Assembly (NCBI GenBank): GCA_049315365.1
Contig: JBMOKH010000002.1
Span: forward strand, 1-46,786
Direction of reading: 5' to 3'
From: Candidatus Nanopelagicales bacterium
GTDB lineage: Bacteria; Actinomycetota; Actinomycetes; S36-B12
DNA: 46,786 nucleotides
Part shown: piece by piece, positions 16,582-27,232 of the stretch
Layout: each line of letters opens with the position of its first letter
Numbering within the stretch: the first letter of the stretch is position 1
Made by a program: the position numbers and the translations under genes
The notes under the pieces: model-generated
The model's database searches: none
Seen by the model: only the letters and a program-made list of their open reading frames with translations
Told to the model about the DNA's origin: nothing

Positions 16582-17031
16582 CTACGCGGAAACGTCGGAG
16601 ATGACATCCGTGTGCAGGCTGAGGGAGCTGCGAACCCTCTCCGGCCAGGGGGCAGACCCGGACGCAGTGCCGGACGCGTGGACGATCACGTAGCTGCCCC
16701 CGATGGCCCGTCCGCCGTCTGCCTTGCGCACCTCGAAGTCGAAGCCGCACGAGGAATTGCCCACCTTTACAACGCCGACCCGAACCTCGATAACCTCATC
16801 GAAGTACAGGCGATCGAAGTAATCAACCTCGATATGCACCCTCGGGATGCGGGCGATCATCGACGTGTCGGCACCTATCGAGCGGAAGAGCGCGTGCTCG
16901 GCCTCCTCGATCCAGCGGAACACCGCGGTGAAGTGGTTGTGGCCCGCCGCATCGGTCTCGTTCCAGGCGACCCGGCGCCGCATCGTGATAGACGCCCCGA
17001 GCGCGGCCCTGTCAGCCGTCACAGCCGGCAC
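16582..17031 (-). CDS. Hotdog-fold acyl-CoA thioesterase (4HBT/YbgC-like)
   Basis: 149-aa ORF with RRVAWNETDAAGHNHF, the V..xDTDxxGHV-type motif of 4HBT thioesterases. The GTG start at 17031 overlaps the hisG end by 13 nt. An alternative ATG at 16983 would leave too short an N-terminus. Confidence 0.7.
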   Translation of the reverse strand: MPAVTADRAALGASITMRRRVAWNETDAAGHNHFTAVFRWIEEAEHALFRSIGADTSMIARIPRVHIEVDYFDRLYFDEVIEVRVGVVKVGNSSCGFDFEVRKADGGRAIGGSYVIVHASGTASGSAPWPERVRSSLSLHTDVISDVSA

Positions 17032-17864
17032 GCATGGATGTCGGTCACGAGAATCCCCCGCGCGCCCATGTCGTAGAGCTCGTCCATGATGCGATGGACA
17101 TCAGCCGCGGGCACCATCGCGCGCACCGCGGACCACGCTGGATCATGGAGCGACGAGACGGTCGGGGACTCAAGGCCCGGGGTGATGAGGCAGGCATCCT
17201 CGAGGAGGGACGTGGGGATGTCGTAGTCAACGAGCACGTATGACCGAGCCACCATGACGCTGTGCAGCCGGCGAACGAAGGTGTCGACCGCCACGTCGTC
17301 GGGGGCACCCTCGCGCCGGACGACAAGGGCCTCCGAGACAAGGAGGGCCTCGCCGACGAGCTCAAGCCCGGCGCGCTTGAGTGTCGTGCCCGTCGCGACC
17401 ACGTCAGCGACCGCATCTGCCACACCGAGGGCAACCGCGTTCTCGACGGCACCGTCAAGCCGGACTACCCGCGCCTCGATGCCCTGGTCGGACAGCCAGG
17501 CATTGAGCAGCCCCGCATAGGAGGTGGCGATTCGCTTGCCTGCCAACTCGAGCGGCGAGCTCACCATGCCCTTCGGCGCGGCCAACCGAAAACTCGACGG
17601 TGCGAAGCCAAGGGGCAGCAGCTCGCTCGCCCGGGCACCGGAGTCCAAAAGCATGTCGCGGCCCGTGATGCCCGCGTCAAGGGTGCCCTCGCCCACGTAG
17701 ATCGCAATGTCCTTGGGACGCAGGAAGAAGAACTCGACATCGTTAATCGGGTCGTGGACCACGAGATCGCGTACCCCCGCATCGCGGAGGTACCCCGCCT
17801 CGAGCAGCATGCTACGCGCGGGCTCGGCAAGTTGGCCCTTGTTCGGGACAGCGACTCTCAGCAT
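17019..17864 (-). CDS. hisG: ATP phosphoribosyltransferase, long form
   Basis: 281-aa ORF. MLRVAVPNKGQLAEPARSMLLEAGY and the C-terminal regulatory domain are typical of HisG-L. Confidence 0.95.
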   Translation of the reverse strand: MLRVAVPNKGQLAEPARSMLLEAGYLRDAGVRDLVVHDPINDVEFFFLRPKDIAIYVGEGTLDAGITGRDMLLDSGARASELLPLGFAPSSFRLAAPKGMVSSPLELAGKRIATSYAGLLNAWLSDQGIEARVVRLDGAVENAVALGVADAVADVVATGTTLKRAGLELVGEALLVSEALVVRREGAPDDVAVDTFVRRLHSVMVARSYVLVDYDIPTSLLEDACLITPGLESPTVSSLHDPAWSAVRAMVPAADVHRIMDELYDMGARGILVTDIHACRL

Positions 17865-17869
17865 GCCGA

Positions 17870-18133
17870 TCAGAGCCGACGGTAGACGTCGTCAAGGCTC
17901 ACGTGCGACGCGAGCATGAGCACCTGAACGTGGTAAAGCAGCTGAGAGATCTCCTCGGCGGTTCGCTCCGGCCCCTCATGCTCGGCCGCCATCCACGACT
18001 CCGCCGCCTCCTCGACCACCTTCTTGCCGACGGCGTGAACACCCTGCGCCAGCAGTCGCACTGTCCCGGAATCCTCATCGCCGTGCGCGGTCTTGCGCAC
18101 GAGTTCGGCATACAGATCATCGAAGGTTTTCAC
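17870..18133 (-). CDS. hisE: Phosphoribosyl-ATP pyrophosphatase
   Basis: 87-aa ORF with the [11 protein letters not shown]...KKVVEEAAE...[14 protein letters not shown] pattern of HisE. It ends 5 nt upstream of the hisG start. Confidence 0.9.
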   Translation of the reverse strand: MKTFDDLYAELVRKTAHGDEDSGTVRLLAQGVHAVGKKVVEEAAESWMAAEHEGPERTAEEISQLLYHVQVLMLASHVSLDDVYRRL

Positions 18134-18142
18134 GTGCTGAGC

Positions 18143-18628
18143 CTAGGCCGGAGGCATGCCTTGAAGCGCACGCAGGGCTGCGAGGGTCGAAAGCGCAGCC
18201 CAGGTAGCCTCGGCGCCCTTGTCCTCGCGCGATCCAGCGAGGCCGGCGCGATCGAGCGACTGCTCCTCGGTATCGCAGGTGAGCAGGCCGAAGCCGACGG
18301 GGATCATGGTGTCGAGGGCCACCGCGCTCAGCCCGGACGCCGCGGCCGCGCACACGTACTCGAAGTGCGGCGTGCCGCCCCGGATGATGACACCGAGCGC
18401 GACCACGGCGTCGAACCGGCCAGAAAGGGCGCACGCCTTAGCGAGGATCGGCAGCTCGAAGGACCCCGATGCACGGATAACCGTTGCCTCGGCGCGCGAT
18501 TCGGCGCAGGTGCGCTCAGCCCCGGCGATGAGCCCGTCCATGACGACCTCGTGCCAGGTTGATGCGACGATGGCAATCCGTGCACCCATAACCGCCACGC
18601 CGGCCGAAGGGGCCCCGGCCCCGCTCAT
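18143..18628 (-). CDS. ribH: 6,7-dimethyl-8-ribityllumazine synthase
   Basis: 161-aa ORF with lumazine synthase motifs (VPGSFELP-like [23 protein letters not shown]). Confidence 0.95.
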   Translation of the reverse strand: MSGAGAPSAGVAVMGARIAIVASTWHEVVMDGLIAGAERTCAESRAEATVIRASGSFELPILAKACALSGRFDAVVALGVIIRGGTPHFEYVCAAAASGLSAVALDTMIPVGFGLLTCDTEEQSLDRAGLAGSREDKGAEATWAALSTLAALRALQGMPPA

Positions 18629-19962
18629 GGCCCGGTCTCGCCATGCGGCGCCAGATCCGTGCTCGCCATCGTGTGGCCCATTCGCTCGACCTTCGTACGC
18701 AGGTACGCGACGTTGTGGTCGTTCGCGATAATCTCGATCGGGATCCGCTCGACAATTGACAGCCCGTAGCCCTCAAGGCCCGCGCGCTTCGCCGGGTTGT
18801 TCGTGAGCAGCCGCATGCTCACGATGCCGAGATCCGCGAGGATCTGCGCTCCCGTGCCGTAGTCGCGGGCATCCGCGGGGAGCCCGAGTTCGAGGTTCGC
18901 ATCGACAGTGTCGCGGCCTCTGTCCTGCAGTTCGTACGCGCGCAGCTTGTGAAGCAGGCCAATACCGCGGCCCTCATGCCCGCGCACGTAGAGCACCACT
19001 CCCCTGCCCTCCTCCGCGATGCGGCGCAGTGCCGCCTGCAGTTGAGGGCCGCAGTCGCAGCGCAGGGACCCCAGAACGTCGCCCGTGAGGCACTCCGAGT
19101 GCACGCGAACGAGAACGCCGTGACCGTCGCCGATCTCTCCGCGCACGAGTGCGATGTGCTCGATTCCATCGATATCGCTTCGGAATCCGACCGCGGTGAA
19201 GTCGCCGAACGCCGTTGGAAGCCGCGCCGAGGCCACCCGCTGGACGTGGTGCTCATGGCGCCGGCGATAGCGGATCAGGTCGGCAATCGACACGAGAAGG
19301 AGCCCGTGCTCATCTGCAAAGGCGCGGCAGTCCGCAGCATTCATCATCGTGCCGACGTCGTTCACCATTTCGCACAGCGCCCCCGCGGGGGCGAGCCCCG
19401 CGAGCCTCGTCAGGTCGACCGCGGCCTCGGTATGCCCGGCACGCCTGAGCACCCCACCGGCCACGGCCCGCAGCGGCATGACATGCCCCGGCCTAGTGAG
19501 ATCACCGGGCTCAGTCGCGGAGTCGGCGAGGACATTGAGCGTGTGGGCGCGGTCCTCGGCCGAGATCCCGGTGCTGATGACATCGCGGGCATCAACCGAT
19601 ACCGCGTAGGCGGTGCCCTTGCGGTCCTCATTCACCACGGTCATCGGCGGCAGGCCGAGGTGGTCGAGGATCTCACCGTCCATGCCAACGCAGATGTAGC
19701 CCGATGTGTACCGGATCATGAATGCGGTGAGCGCCGGCGTCGCCGCCGACGCGGCGAAGATGAGGTCGCCCTCGTTCTCGCGATCCTCGTCATCGACGAC
19801 GATGATCGCCTCTCCGCGACGAATCGCCTCGATCGCGGACTCGATGGGATCCATCCGGACCGCCCCGTCTACGGTCGGCAGGTCGCGTTCGAGCACGGCG
19901 ACGAGCGGGATCGCGCGAACCTCTCGGGCATCCTCTCGGTACATCTCTTCGGCTGGTATCAC
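18625..19962 (-). CDS. ribBA: Bifunctional 3,4-dihydroxy-2-butanone-4-phosphate synthase / GTP cyclohydrolase II
   Basis: [11 protein letters not shown] (RibB) and the CxC Zn site with RCDCG (RibA). The GTG at 19962 overlaps the ribE stop (GTGA). A canonical-length N-terminus would begin at the ATG at 19854 ([11 protein letters not shown]...). Confidence 0.9.
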   Translation of the reverse strand: MIPAEEMYREDAREVRAIPLVAVLERDLPTVDGAVRMDPIESAIEAIRRGEAIIVVDDEDRENEGDLIFAASAATPALTAFMIRYTSGYICVGMDGEILDHLGLPPMTVVNEDRKGTAYAVSVDARDVISTGISAEDRAHTLNVLADSATEPGDLTRPGHVMPLRAVAGGVLRRAGHTEAAVDLTRLAGLAPAGALCEMVNDVGTMMNAADCRAFADEHGLLLVSIADLIRYRRRHEHHVQRVASARLPTAFGDFTAVGFRSDIDGIEHIALVRGEIGDGHGVLVRVHSECLTGDVLGSLRCDCGPQLQAALRRIAEEGRGVVLYVRGHEGRGIGLLHKLRAYELQDRGRDTVDANLELGLPADARDYGTGAQILADLGIVSMRLLTNNPAKRAGLEGYGLSIVERIPIEIIANDHNVAYLRTKVERMGHTMASTDLAPHGETGP

Positions 19963-20555
19963 GACGACCTTCCCTGCATCAGTCGCTCAACGTACTTCGC
20001 GATGGCGTCCACCTCGAGATTGACCGTGTCGCCCACACGGCGCGAGCCCAGCGTCGTCTCCGCCAGGGTCGTGGGAATGAGCGACACGCTGAATCCCTCA
20101 TCGTCGACCGAAACGACCGTCAGCGACACCCCATCGACGGTGATCGATCCCTTCTCCACCACGTATCGGCCGAGACCGGCGGGAAGCGAGATCCGCATCA
20201 GTGTCCAGTGGGGATCAGGCTCGATCACGAGGACCTGCCCGGTCCCGTCGACATGGCCCTGCACGAGATGGCCGCCGAGTCTGGAGTCCAACCGGGCCGC
20301 GCGCTCGAGGTTGACCTCCGATCCGATGCCGGCATTCCCCAGCGAACTGCGCTTGAGGGTCTCCTCCATGACGTCCGCGGTGAAGGAGTCCGGGCCGACC
20401 TCGACCACCGTCAGGCAGACCCCATTCACCGCGATCGAATCCCCCGGTCGCACAGACTCCAGTGCCACGGACCCGCGAATGGCAATGCGTTCGGCGTTCG
20501 TGAGCGGCTCCACCGACGCTACGGTGCCCCGCTCCTCGACGATCCCGGTGAACAT
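19959..20555 (-). CDS. ribE: Riboflavin synthase (alpha chain)
   Basis: 198-aa ORF starting MFTGIVEE, with two lumazine-binding repeats ([13 protein letters not shown]; [12 protein letters not shown]). Confidence 0.93.
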   Translation of the reverse strand: MFTGIVEERGTVASVEPLTNAERIAIRGSVALESVRPGDSIAVNGVCLTVVEVGPDSFTADVMEETLKRSSLGNAGIGSEVNLERAARLDSRLGGHLVQGHVDGTGQVLVIEPDPHWTLMRISLPAGLGRYVVEKGSITVDGVSLTVVSVDDEGFSVSLIPTTLAETTLGSRRVGDTVNLEVDAIAKYVERLMQGRSS

Positions 20556-20570
20556 GAGGCAGTCCTTCGG

Positions 20571-21575
20571 TCAGCTAGCCGGGGCGCGGGGCGCGCCTCT
20601 GATGAGCACATCATCCCCGATCCGACAGAACTCCCGCACATCGACCATGATCGATCCGCTCATCGGGCCGATCGCGACCGGCCCAGCGCCGAACAGCCGG
20701 GGGGCGAGCAGCCACACGACCTCGTCGACGAATCCGGCGTCGAGAAACACCGCGGCGAGGCTTGGCCCACCCTCGAGGAGCACGTGCTGGACGCCACGCC
20801 CGGCAAGCTCGCCCAGCGCCTCCCTTGGCACTCGCGTACGCAGGTGGACGGAGGGCGCGTCATCGTCGAACAATCGAAGCGAACTCGGCAGGTCGCGCAC
20901 GCCCATGACCACCCGCAGCGGTTGTCGGTCGGCCAGCCGGCCATCGAGCGCGCGGACAGTCAGCCGGGGGTTGTCGATGACTGCTGTGCCGCTGCCGACG
21001 AGCACTGCATCCACTTCGCCTCGCAGTTCATGCACGAAGATCGTCGACTCCGGGCCGCTGATCGGGGTCGGGCCGCCTGATGCGTCGGCGACACGGCCGT
21101 CGAGGGTCGCGGCTATCTTCAGCGTGACAAGTGGCCGACCCGTTCGCTGCACGTGTGTCCAGCCCCGATTGACCAGTAATGCCCGCTCCTCCAGCACGCC
21201 GCCGATCACCTCGATACCACCGGCCCGGAGCTCACCGGCGCCACCGCCCGCCTGGGCCGTCGGGTCGGCCTGGGCGAACACGACGCGGCTCACGCCTGCG
21301 GACATCAGCGCCTGCACGCACGGACCCGTTCGGCCGACGTGACGGCACGGCTCGAGGGTGACGACCGCGGTAGCACCCCTGGCCGCGACTCCCGCCTCGT
21401 CGAGCGCCTGCGCTTCGGCATGCGGGGTGCCCGCACCGCGGTGGTAGCCCTCCCCCACTTTGTCGCCGAAGGGACTGATGATGACGCAGCCGACGCGCGG
21501 GTTCAGGCCTCGCGGAGCATCGGGGGCCACGGCCAATTCGAGTGCGCGGGCCATCGCGGCGTCCCAGTCGGTCAT
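20571..21575 (-). CDS. ribD: Bifunctional diaminohydroxyphosphoribosylaminopyrimidine deaminase / 5-amino-6-(5-phosphoribosylamino)uracil reductase
   Basis: Deaminase Zn motif HAE...PCxxxGxxxPC ([22 protein letters not shown]) plus a C-terminal reductase domain. ATGA overlap with rpe. Confidence 0.9.
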   Translation of the reverse strand: MTDWDAAMARALELAVAPDAPRGLNPRVGCVIISPFGDKVGEGYHRGAGTPHAEAQALDEAGVAARGATAVVTLEPCRHVGRTGPCVQALMSAGVSRVVFAQADPTAQAGGGAGELRAGGIEVIGGVLEERALLVNRGWTHVQRTGRPLVTLKIAATLDGRVADASGGPTPISGPESTIFVHELRGEVDAVLVGSGTAVIDNPRLTVRALDGRLADRQPLRVVMGVRDLPSSLRLFDDDAPSVHLRTRVPREALGELAGRGVQHVLLEGGPSLAAVFLDAGFVDEVVWLLAPRLFGAGPVAIGPMSGSIMVDVREFCRIGDDVLIRGAPRAPAS

Positions 21576-22240
21576 CGACGGACGGCACCGTCAGCGAGGT
21601 GCCTCAAGCGGGTGACCATGGCCGCGGGATCTGGATCGCGGAACACTGCGGAGCCCGCGACGAAGACATTGGCCCCGGCGCTCGCACACAGCTCAATGTT
21701 CGAGGCGTCGATGCCGCCGTCGACCTGCACCCAGACATCGGTGCCGGCAGACTCCGCAAGCTGCCTCGCGCGCGTGATCTTCGGCAGCATGCCAGCCATG
21801 AAGGACTGCCCGCCGAACCCCGGCTCGACGGTCATGATGAGGATCATGTCCAGGCCCGGGATCAGGCTCGCGAGCTCCTCGACATCGGTACCGGGCTTGA
21901 CCGCCACCCCAGCGCGTGCGCCCGCGGCCCGTATGTCGCGGCAGATCCCCGCCGGGCTGCGAGCGGCCTCGACGTGGAAGGTGACGCTGGAGGCACCGGC
22001 CTCGGCATAGGTCGGCGCCCAACGGTCCGGATCGGCGATCATCAGGTGGCAGTCGGCCGGCACCGGGCAGTCGCGCAGGAGCGATTCGATGACCGGCAGC
22101 CCGAAGGTGAGACTGGGGACGAAGTGGTTGTCCATGACATCGAGATGCACGAGGTCTGCTGTGCCCGCGATCCGGCTCACCTCGTCGGCTAGGCGCGCTA
22201 GATCGCTGTTCAGCACGCTCGGGGAAATCAGGACGCCCAC
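21572..22240 (-). CDS. rpe: Ribulose-phosphate 3-epimerase
   Basis: 222-aa ORF with [28 protein letters not shown] and VDGGI motifs. GTG start. Confidence 0.95.
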   Translation of the reverse strand: MGVLISPSVLNSDLARLADEVSRIAGTADLVHLDVMDNHFVPSLTFGLPVIESLLRDCPVPADCHLMIADPDRWAPTYAEAGASSVTFHVEAARSPAGICRDIRAAGARAGVAVKPGTDVEELASLIPGLDMILIMTVEPGFGGQSFMAGMLPKITRARQLAESAGTDVWVQVDGGIDASNIELCASAGANVFVAGSAVFRDPDPAAMVTRLRHLADGAVRR

Positions 22241-22276
22241 GCCATGAGGGTAGTCGACCTCGCAGTGCGACCCTGC

Positions 22277-23632
22277 TCAGCGCTTGCGCAGGACCGCGAG
22301 GAACATTCCGTCGGTCCCGTGCCGATGCGGCCACAGGCGCACGAAGGGGCCTTCCTCGAGGTCCTCGACCCCAGGGAGGAGCGTCCGGGCGTCCTCGACC
22401 ACGAGGTCATCGCGCTTGCCGACAACGTCGCCCACGACGAACTCCGTCTCCGCGAGGTGCGGCGAGCAGGTGACATAGGCGATGACTCCACCGGGACGGG
22501 TGGCGTTGGCTGCGGCATTGAGCAGCGCCCGTTGGAGGGGTCCTAGCGAGGAGAGGTCCATGGGCGACTTGCGCCATCGGGCCTCCGGCCGCCGCCTCAG
22601 CGCGCCGAGGCCCGTGCAGGGAGCATCGACGAGGACGCGGTCGAACTGCCGCTTCCCCCACGGTGCCGTCGTTGCATCACCGACGATGACCTCCACGTTC
22701 GCCGCGCCATCCACCGCCTGGTCAACGAGTACTGCCCGATGGTGATGCTGCTCGACCGCCACGAGTTCGAGCCCGCGCTCCGCCGCGATGCCGGCAAGCA
22801 GCGCGGCCTTGCCCCCGGGACCGGCACACATGTCGAGCCAGGCGTACTCGTCGTGGTCGACCGTCGCGCCCGCAAGCGCCAAGGCCATGAGCTGGCTGCC
22901 CTCGTCCTGAACCCCGACGAGGCCGGAGTGGACGACATTCAAGGACTCGGGCGTGCCGTCGGTGAGCACTGCGCCGATGGGCGACCACCGGGTCGGCTGC
23001 ACCTGAGGCAGCGCTCGCAGCTCCTCGGGGCTGAGCCGGCCCGGACGGGCCACGAGGGTCGGCCGCGCCGGCTCGTTATCGGCCTCGAGGAGAAACTCCA
23101 CCTCGTCGCGCCGGTCGCCGAGTGCGTCCTGGAAGGCCCGGATGATCCACGCCGGATGCGACAGTCGGGCAGCAAGGCTTTCGACGTCATCGCCCGCGAC
23201 GCCGAGCTGCTCGACCCATTCCTCGGGACTGCGCGCCGCAACCTTGCGCAGGACCGCGTTCACGAATCCGGCGCGTCCGGTCGCGGAGCCGGGATTGCCG
23301 TTGCGCCGGGCCAACTCGCACGAGGAGTCGACGGCCGCATGACTGGGCACCCGCATCGCGAGCAGCTGATGGCAGCCGAGCCGCAGCACGTCCTTGAGCC
23401 CGGCCTCGACGCTCGCCCAGTTCCGGGTGATGCACGACTGGAGGATGACGTCGTACCAGCCCTGCCATCGCAGGGTCCCGTATCCGAGCTCGGTGGCGAA
23501 CCCAGCGTCGCGGCCGGTGAGCTTGCGCGCGCGAAGGAGGAGCGGCATCGCGAGATTCGCGTATGCCTCGTCCTCGCGCACGGCGCGAAGGAGGGCGAAC
23601 GCGGTCTCACGGGAGGGATCGACCCGGGTCAT
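22277..23632 (-). CDS. rsmB: 16S rRNA (cytosine-C5)-methyltransferase RsmB/Sun family
   Basis: 451-aa ORF. It has an N-terminal NusB-like domain and a SAM methyltransferase core ([29 protein letters not shown]). ATGA overlap with fmt. Confidence 0.85.
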   Translation of the reverse strand: MTRVDPSRETAFALLRAVREDEAYANLAMPLLLRARKLTGRDAGFATELGYGTLRWQGWYDVILQSCITRNWASVEAGLKDVLRLGCHQLLAMRVPSHAAVDSSCELARRNGNPGSATGRAGFVNAVLRKVAARSPEEWVEQLGVAGDDVESLAARLSHPAWIIRAFQDALGDRRDEVEFLLEADNEPARPTLVARPGRLSPEELRALPQVQPTRWSPIGAVLTDGTPESLNVVHSGLVGVQDEGSQLMALALAGATVDHDEYAWLDMCAGPGGKAALLAGIAAERGLELVAVEQHHHRAVLVDQAVDGAANVEVIVGDATTAPWGKRQFDRVLVDAPCTGLGALRRRPEARWRKSPMDLSSLGPLQRALLNAAANATRPGGVIAYVTCSPHLAETEFVVGDVVGKRDDLVVEDARTLLPGVEDLEEGPFVRLWPHRHGTDGMFLAVLRKR

Positions 23633-24558
23633 CCCAGCCTGCCGATCTCGCCGCGGAGCCCGCGTGCCCAGTCAGCAGCATCCATCGGCCGCTTCCCGGC
23701 CGGGCGCACCTGCCCGAGTAAGGCGGCCCGGGTCCCGGTGCCGACCCACACCTGCGTCTTCGTGGCAACGACCTGCCCCGGAGCCAGCCCCTCGGGTGCA
23801 TCTTCGGCCAAGACGCCGACCGGCCCCACCCCCAGTCGCTCGCCGCCGAGCATGGTCCAGGCACCGGGCGTGGGGGTCATGGCTCGGATGCGGCGATCGA
23901 CGCCGACGAGCGGGTCGTCCCAGCGGATCCTGGCCTCGTCGACCGCCACCTTCGGGGCCAGGCTCACGCCGTCGGCCGGTTGCGGCTTCGCCTCGATCAC
24001 CTGGTCCTCGAGCGCATCCAGGGTCGCGACCAGAAGGCCAGCACCGGACTGCGCGAGTCGCTCGAGGAGGTCACCTGACGTGTCCGTCGGGCGGATCACC
24101 TCGGTGACGATGCCGAGCACCGGGCCATCGTCCAGACCCGGCCCGATCACGAAGGTCGTCGCCCCGGTGATGTCGTCGCCGTGGAGGACGGCGCGCTGAA
24201 CCGGAGCCGCGCCCCGCCACGCAGGCAGGAGCGAGAAGTGCAGGTTCACCCAGCCGAGCCGCGGTATCGACAGCACACCGGCGGGCAGCAGCGCCCCGTA
24301 GGCCACGACCGGGCAGCAGTCTGGTTCAAGCGCGCGCAGGTCCGCAGCGAACCCTGGCTCACCAGGGCTCGCCGGGGTCAGGACGGGGATGCCACGATCG
24401 GCAGCGAACTCGGCTACTGCGCTGCGCTCAAAGCTTCGGCCACGTCCGCGTGCGGCGTCCGGCCTCGTGACGACGGCGACCACCTCATGCCGGGAATCCA
24501 AGAGAGCCTCGAGGGATGGCAGGGCCACTCCTGGCGTTCCGGCGAAGACACAGCGCAC
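23629..24558 (-). CDS. fmt: Methionyl-tRNA formyltransferase
   Basis: Formyltransferase motifs ([23 protein letters not shown]). The track ORF reaches 24633 and would overlap def by 67 nt. The GTG at 24558 (VRCVFAGTP...) gives the canonical N-terminus, 8 nt after the def stop. Confidence 0.9.
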   Translation of the reverse strand: MRCVFAGTPGVALPSLEALLDSRHEVVAVVTRPDAARGRGRSFERSAVAEFAADRGIPVLTPASPGEPGFAADLRALEPDCCPVVAYGALLPAGVLSIPRLGWVNLHFSLLPAWRGAAPVQRAVLHGDDITGATTFVIGPGLDDGPVLGIVTEVIRPTDTSGDLLERLAQSGAGLLVATLDALEDQVIEAKPQPADGVSLAPKVAVDEARIRWDDPLVGVDRRIRAMTPTPGAWTMLGGERLGVGPVGVLAEDAPEGLAPGQVVATKTQVWVGTGTRAALLGQVRPAGKRPMDAADWARGLRGEIGRLG

Positions 24559-24566
24559 CCGTGGCC

Positions 24567-25112
24567 CTACAGCCAGCGGGAGGAGATGTTGTGCGGGCTG
24601 ACATGGAAGGCAGGTGTCGGCTCGCCGAACCACTCGGACTCGCGGATAAGGCGCATCGCCTCGCGCCGGGCCTCGGGATCAAGCCGGTCGATGAACAAAA
24701 TGCCGTCGAGGTGGTCGGTCTCATGCTGGACGCATCGCGCGAGCAGGTCACTGCCCTCGATGACGACCGGCTCGCCGTGCATGTTCATGCCCTTGGCCAC
24801 CACGCTCATGGCGCGCTTGGTGTCGAAGGCGAGCCCGGGCAGGGACAGGCAGCCCTCCTCGCCGTCCTGAATATCAGCGGAAAGGTCAAGATCGGGATTG
24901 ACGAGGTGACCGATCTCATCATCGACCCAGTAGGTGAAGACTCGAAGGGAGACGCCGATCTGGGGAGCCGCAAGACCGGCACCCGGGGCATCCTGCATCG
25001 TCTCGGTCAGGTCCTTCACGAGCTTGCGCAGCTCCTTGTCGAAGGTCTCGACGGTGGCCGCCGGGGTGCGCAGGACGGGATCGCCCATGAGTCGGATTGG
25101 TTGAATAGCCAC
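24567..25112 (-). CDS. def: Peptide deformylase
   Basis: The three PDF motifs are [18 protein letters not shown] and [12 protein letters not shown] start. Confidence 0.95.
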   Translation of the reverse strand: MAIQPIRLMGDPVLRTPAATVETFDKELRKLVKDLTETMQDAPGAGLAAPQIGVSLRVFTYWVDDEIGHLVNPDLDLSADIQDGEEGCLSLPGLAFDTKRAMSVVAKGMNMHGEPVVIEGSDLLARCVQHETDHLDGILFIDRLDPEARREAMRLIRESEWFGEPTPAFHVSPHNISSRWL

Positions 25113-25118
25113 GGGTGA

Positions 25119-25124
25119 AGTCTA
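25119..25124 (-). promoter_or_regulatory. -10-like TAGACT placed 6 nt from the def GTG (leaderless geometry)
   Basis: Minus strand reads TAGACT-TCACCC-GTG. Read by eye, with no -35 identified. Confidence 0.3.
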
Positions 25125-25182
25125 TTCGTCAGGAAAACCCGGAGGATCACGGTCAAGGCCCCAACCCCTTCCCTCCCGCACT

Positions 25183-25222
25183 CCCGCCCCTCACTCCCCC
25201 TGCAGGTGGGGGGTGAGGCGGG
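25183..25222 (-). terminator. GC-rich imperfect hairpin abutting the priA stop
   Basis: About 15 bp pair in three blocks (4 + 6 + 5 bp, with a 2-nt and a 1-nt bulge) around a 7-nt loop centred on CTGCAG. It starts 1 nt after the priA TAG (25223-25225). No U-tract, so terminator function is uncertain. Confidence 0.35.
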
Positions 25223-27214
25223 CTAGGTACCGATGTCCCGTGGATCCATCGTCACCGTGACGGGCTTGCCGGGCCCTGACTTCGCAGACCGGACGACGCT
25301 GATGGCGCGAAGCTCCCTTCCGAGTGACGGACCGTCCTCTCGCCGTACCGTCACGATCGCCCTGCCACCCACCGGGCCGAGGAGCCGGTGCGGTACCTTC
25401 AGGGCGCGCGCGACATCGTCGATGTCCTCCGGAGCCCCGTGGAGCACCGCGACTCGGGTCGCGGGAGGCATCCCCGCCGAGGCCCGCTCGGCCAGCTCTC
25501 GTGCGGCCAGCCACGAGGCGTCCCATCGAACGAGTGCCTGCACAGCCGGCGCGCCGGTGTCGGCGGTCACCACGACATGCGCGCGCGGCCTCGCGAGCAG
25601 CGCGGCCGAGAACCACCGATGCGCAGACTCCTCCATCGCACGCAGTGACTGACGCATCATTGACCCTCGCGCATCGAGGATGACCACCGCTGCATAGCCA
25701 CCGGCGGCCGTCGGCTCGGCGCCGGCCGTCGCGATGACGATCGCCGGCTTCTCCCCCACCTCCCGCTTCATCTGGTCGCCGGAGGACCACACGATCTGCT
25801 CGCCTTGGAAGGCCCTGCCGAACTCCTCGGCCGTCCGCTCGATTCCGATCGCGACCGCGCGAAACCTGTCGGCCCCGCAGCGCGGGCAAGACCACGAGCC
25901 CGACAGCGCGCCGCACCAGCCGCACATGGCCACCCGTCGCCCGGCGGCAAGCGCCAGCGGCCCACCGCATGCACAGCGGGCCGGCTCGCGGCAGCCGGCG
26001 CACGCGAGCGCCGGGAGGTAGCCGCGCCGGGCCACCTGGATGAGCACCGGCCCGCTGCGCAGGCCTTCCTTGGCAACCAGCCAGGCGGTGTGCGGGATCC
26101 TTGCGGAGGCGGCCGCCGCGTCGCGAGCCTCGTCCTGGATCTCAAGCGCCCGAACGACCGGGGCATCGACGCGCAGCGTCTGCCGATTCGGCGAAATTGA
26201 CTGGGCCCAGCCACTCGCGCACCAGCTCTCCGCCTCGACGCTCCGGGCCGGGGATCCGACGAGGAGGCCGCAACCGGTGAGATGCGAGCGGAGCGCGGCT
26301 ACATCACGCGCATTCCAGTAGGGCGCATGCGGCTCCCATAATGCCTCGTCGCCGTCGTTCCAGACGATCGTGAGCGCTAGGTCGCGAACGGGCGCGAAGA
26401 CCGCCCCCCTCGTCCCGACGACCAGGCGCACTGCCCCGCGCAGCACCCGAAGGAACTCCCGGTAACGGCGCTCGGGTCCGAGGTCGGCCGTGAGCACGGC
26501 CATCGTCCCGGCGCAATCCGCGAGGGCCGCTGTCACCCGAGCGACATCCCAGGCATCAGGGACGACGACGAGGACGCCGCCCGTGGGACGGGAGAGCACC
26601 GCTCGGACGATGGCCGCGACATCCGCGGTCCACGGATGGGCGGGCGCCGCAGACCACACGCCACGCACGCCCGTGATGCCACCGGCAAGCGCACGTCCGT
26701 ACAGGACTTGGCCGCGCTGGTATCGAGCCCATGCCTCCACGTCATCCTCGCGAGGGAGGATCGAACCGGAGTCGACGCTTGCGACGGACGCCTCAGCGCG
26801 GGCGTGACGCGGCGGCACGGCGGCCCTCATGACGTCCCAGAAGGATCCTGCGTACCGATCCGCCACCGCGGACACGAGCGATGAGACCTCGTCCGTGAGC
26901 ACCGGCTCGGGCGAGAGCACCCGCTCGAGGGGCCGCAGGCTCGACTCGACCGAGGTCTCCTGGCGCCTTGCGACGATCAGGCCGTTGAGGAGGCGTCCGG
27001 CGAATCGAACGCGCACGCGCACGCCGGGCTGGGCCGCGAGATCCAGCGGCTCGGGAACCCCGTAGTCGAATACCCGGTCGAGGTGGGGCAGCGGTGACTC
27101 AACACGCACCTGGGCGACGGGCAGTGCCTTCGCCAACGGCACCGTGGAACTCACCGGCGGGCGCCTGCGCCGGACCGGTTCGCCTGTCTCAAGTGCCAGT
27201 TGGTCGGCGATCAC
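25223..27214 (-). CDS. priA: Primosomal protein N' (PriA), actinobacterial form without recognisable ATPase motifs
   Basis: 663-aa ORF with a PriA N-terminal DNA-binding region and the Cys-rich Zn region (CAGC...CACG...CGWC...CPRC). No GxGKT/S Walker A is present, and DExH is replaced by WNDGDE. GTG start. Confidence 0.85.
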   Translation of the reverse strand: MIADQLALETGEPVRRRRPPVSSTVPLAKALPVAQVRVESPLPHLDRVFDYGVPEPLDLAAQPGVRVRVRFAGRLLNGLIVARRQETSVESSLRPLERVLSPEPVLTDEVSSLVSAVADRYAGSFWDVMRAAVPPRHARAEASVASVDSGSILPREDDVEAWARYQRGQVLYGRALAGGITGVRGVWSAAPAHPWTADVAAIVRAVLSRPTGGVLVVVPDAWDVARVTAALADCAGTMAVLTADLGPERRYREFLRVLRGAVRLVVGTRGAVFAPVRDLALTIVWNDGDEALWEPHAPYWNARDVAALRSHLTGCGLLVGSPARSVEAESWCASGWAQSISPNRQTLRVDAPVVRALEIQDEARDAAAASARIPHTAWLVAKEGLRSGPVLIQVARRGYLPALACAGCREPARCACGGPLALAAGRRVAMCGWCGALSGSWSCPRCGADRFRAVAIGIERTAEEFGRAFQGEQIVWSSGDQMKREVGEKPAIVIATAGAEPTAAGGYAAVVILDARGSMMRQSLRAMEESAHRWFSAALLARPRAHVVVTADTGAPAVQALVRWDASWLAARELAERASAGMPPATRVAVLHGAPEDIDDVARALKVPHRLLGPVGGRAIVTVRREDGPSLGRELRAISVVRSAKSGPGKPVTVTMDPRDIGT

Positions 27215-27232
27215 TGCCCCCCGGCCGCGGTA

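Noticed and set aside
18949-21342. 797-aa plus-strand ORF opposite ribBA/ribE/ribD. Similar long antisense ORFs occur at 33950-36286 (778 aa, opposite carB), 3889-5547 (552 aa, opposite the dioxygenase), 22739-24199 and 25191-26003.
   Set aside because: These are Arg/Pro/Ala/Gly-rich low-complexity translations with no recognisable motifs. Each lies opposite a gene with unambiguous family signatures. Long stop-free shadow frames are expected in very GC-rich DNA.
20556-22276. Expected FMN (RFN) riboswitch upstream of the riboflavin genes.
   Set aside because: There is no non-coding space. rpe and ribD overlap (ATGA), and the only gaps are 15 nt (ribD/ribE) and 36 nt (rsmB/rpe). The rib genes appear to be transcribed as part of the larger array.
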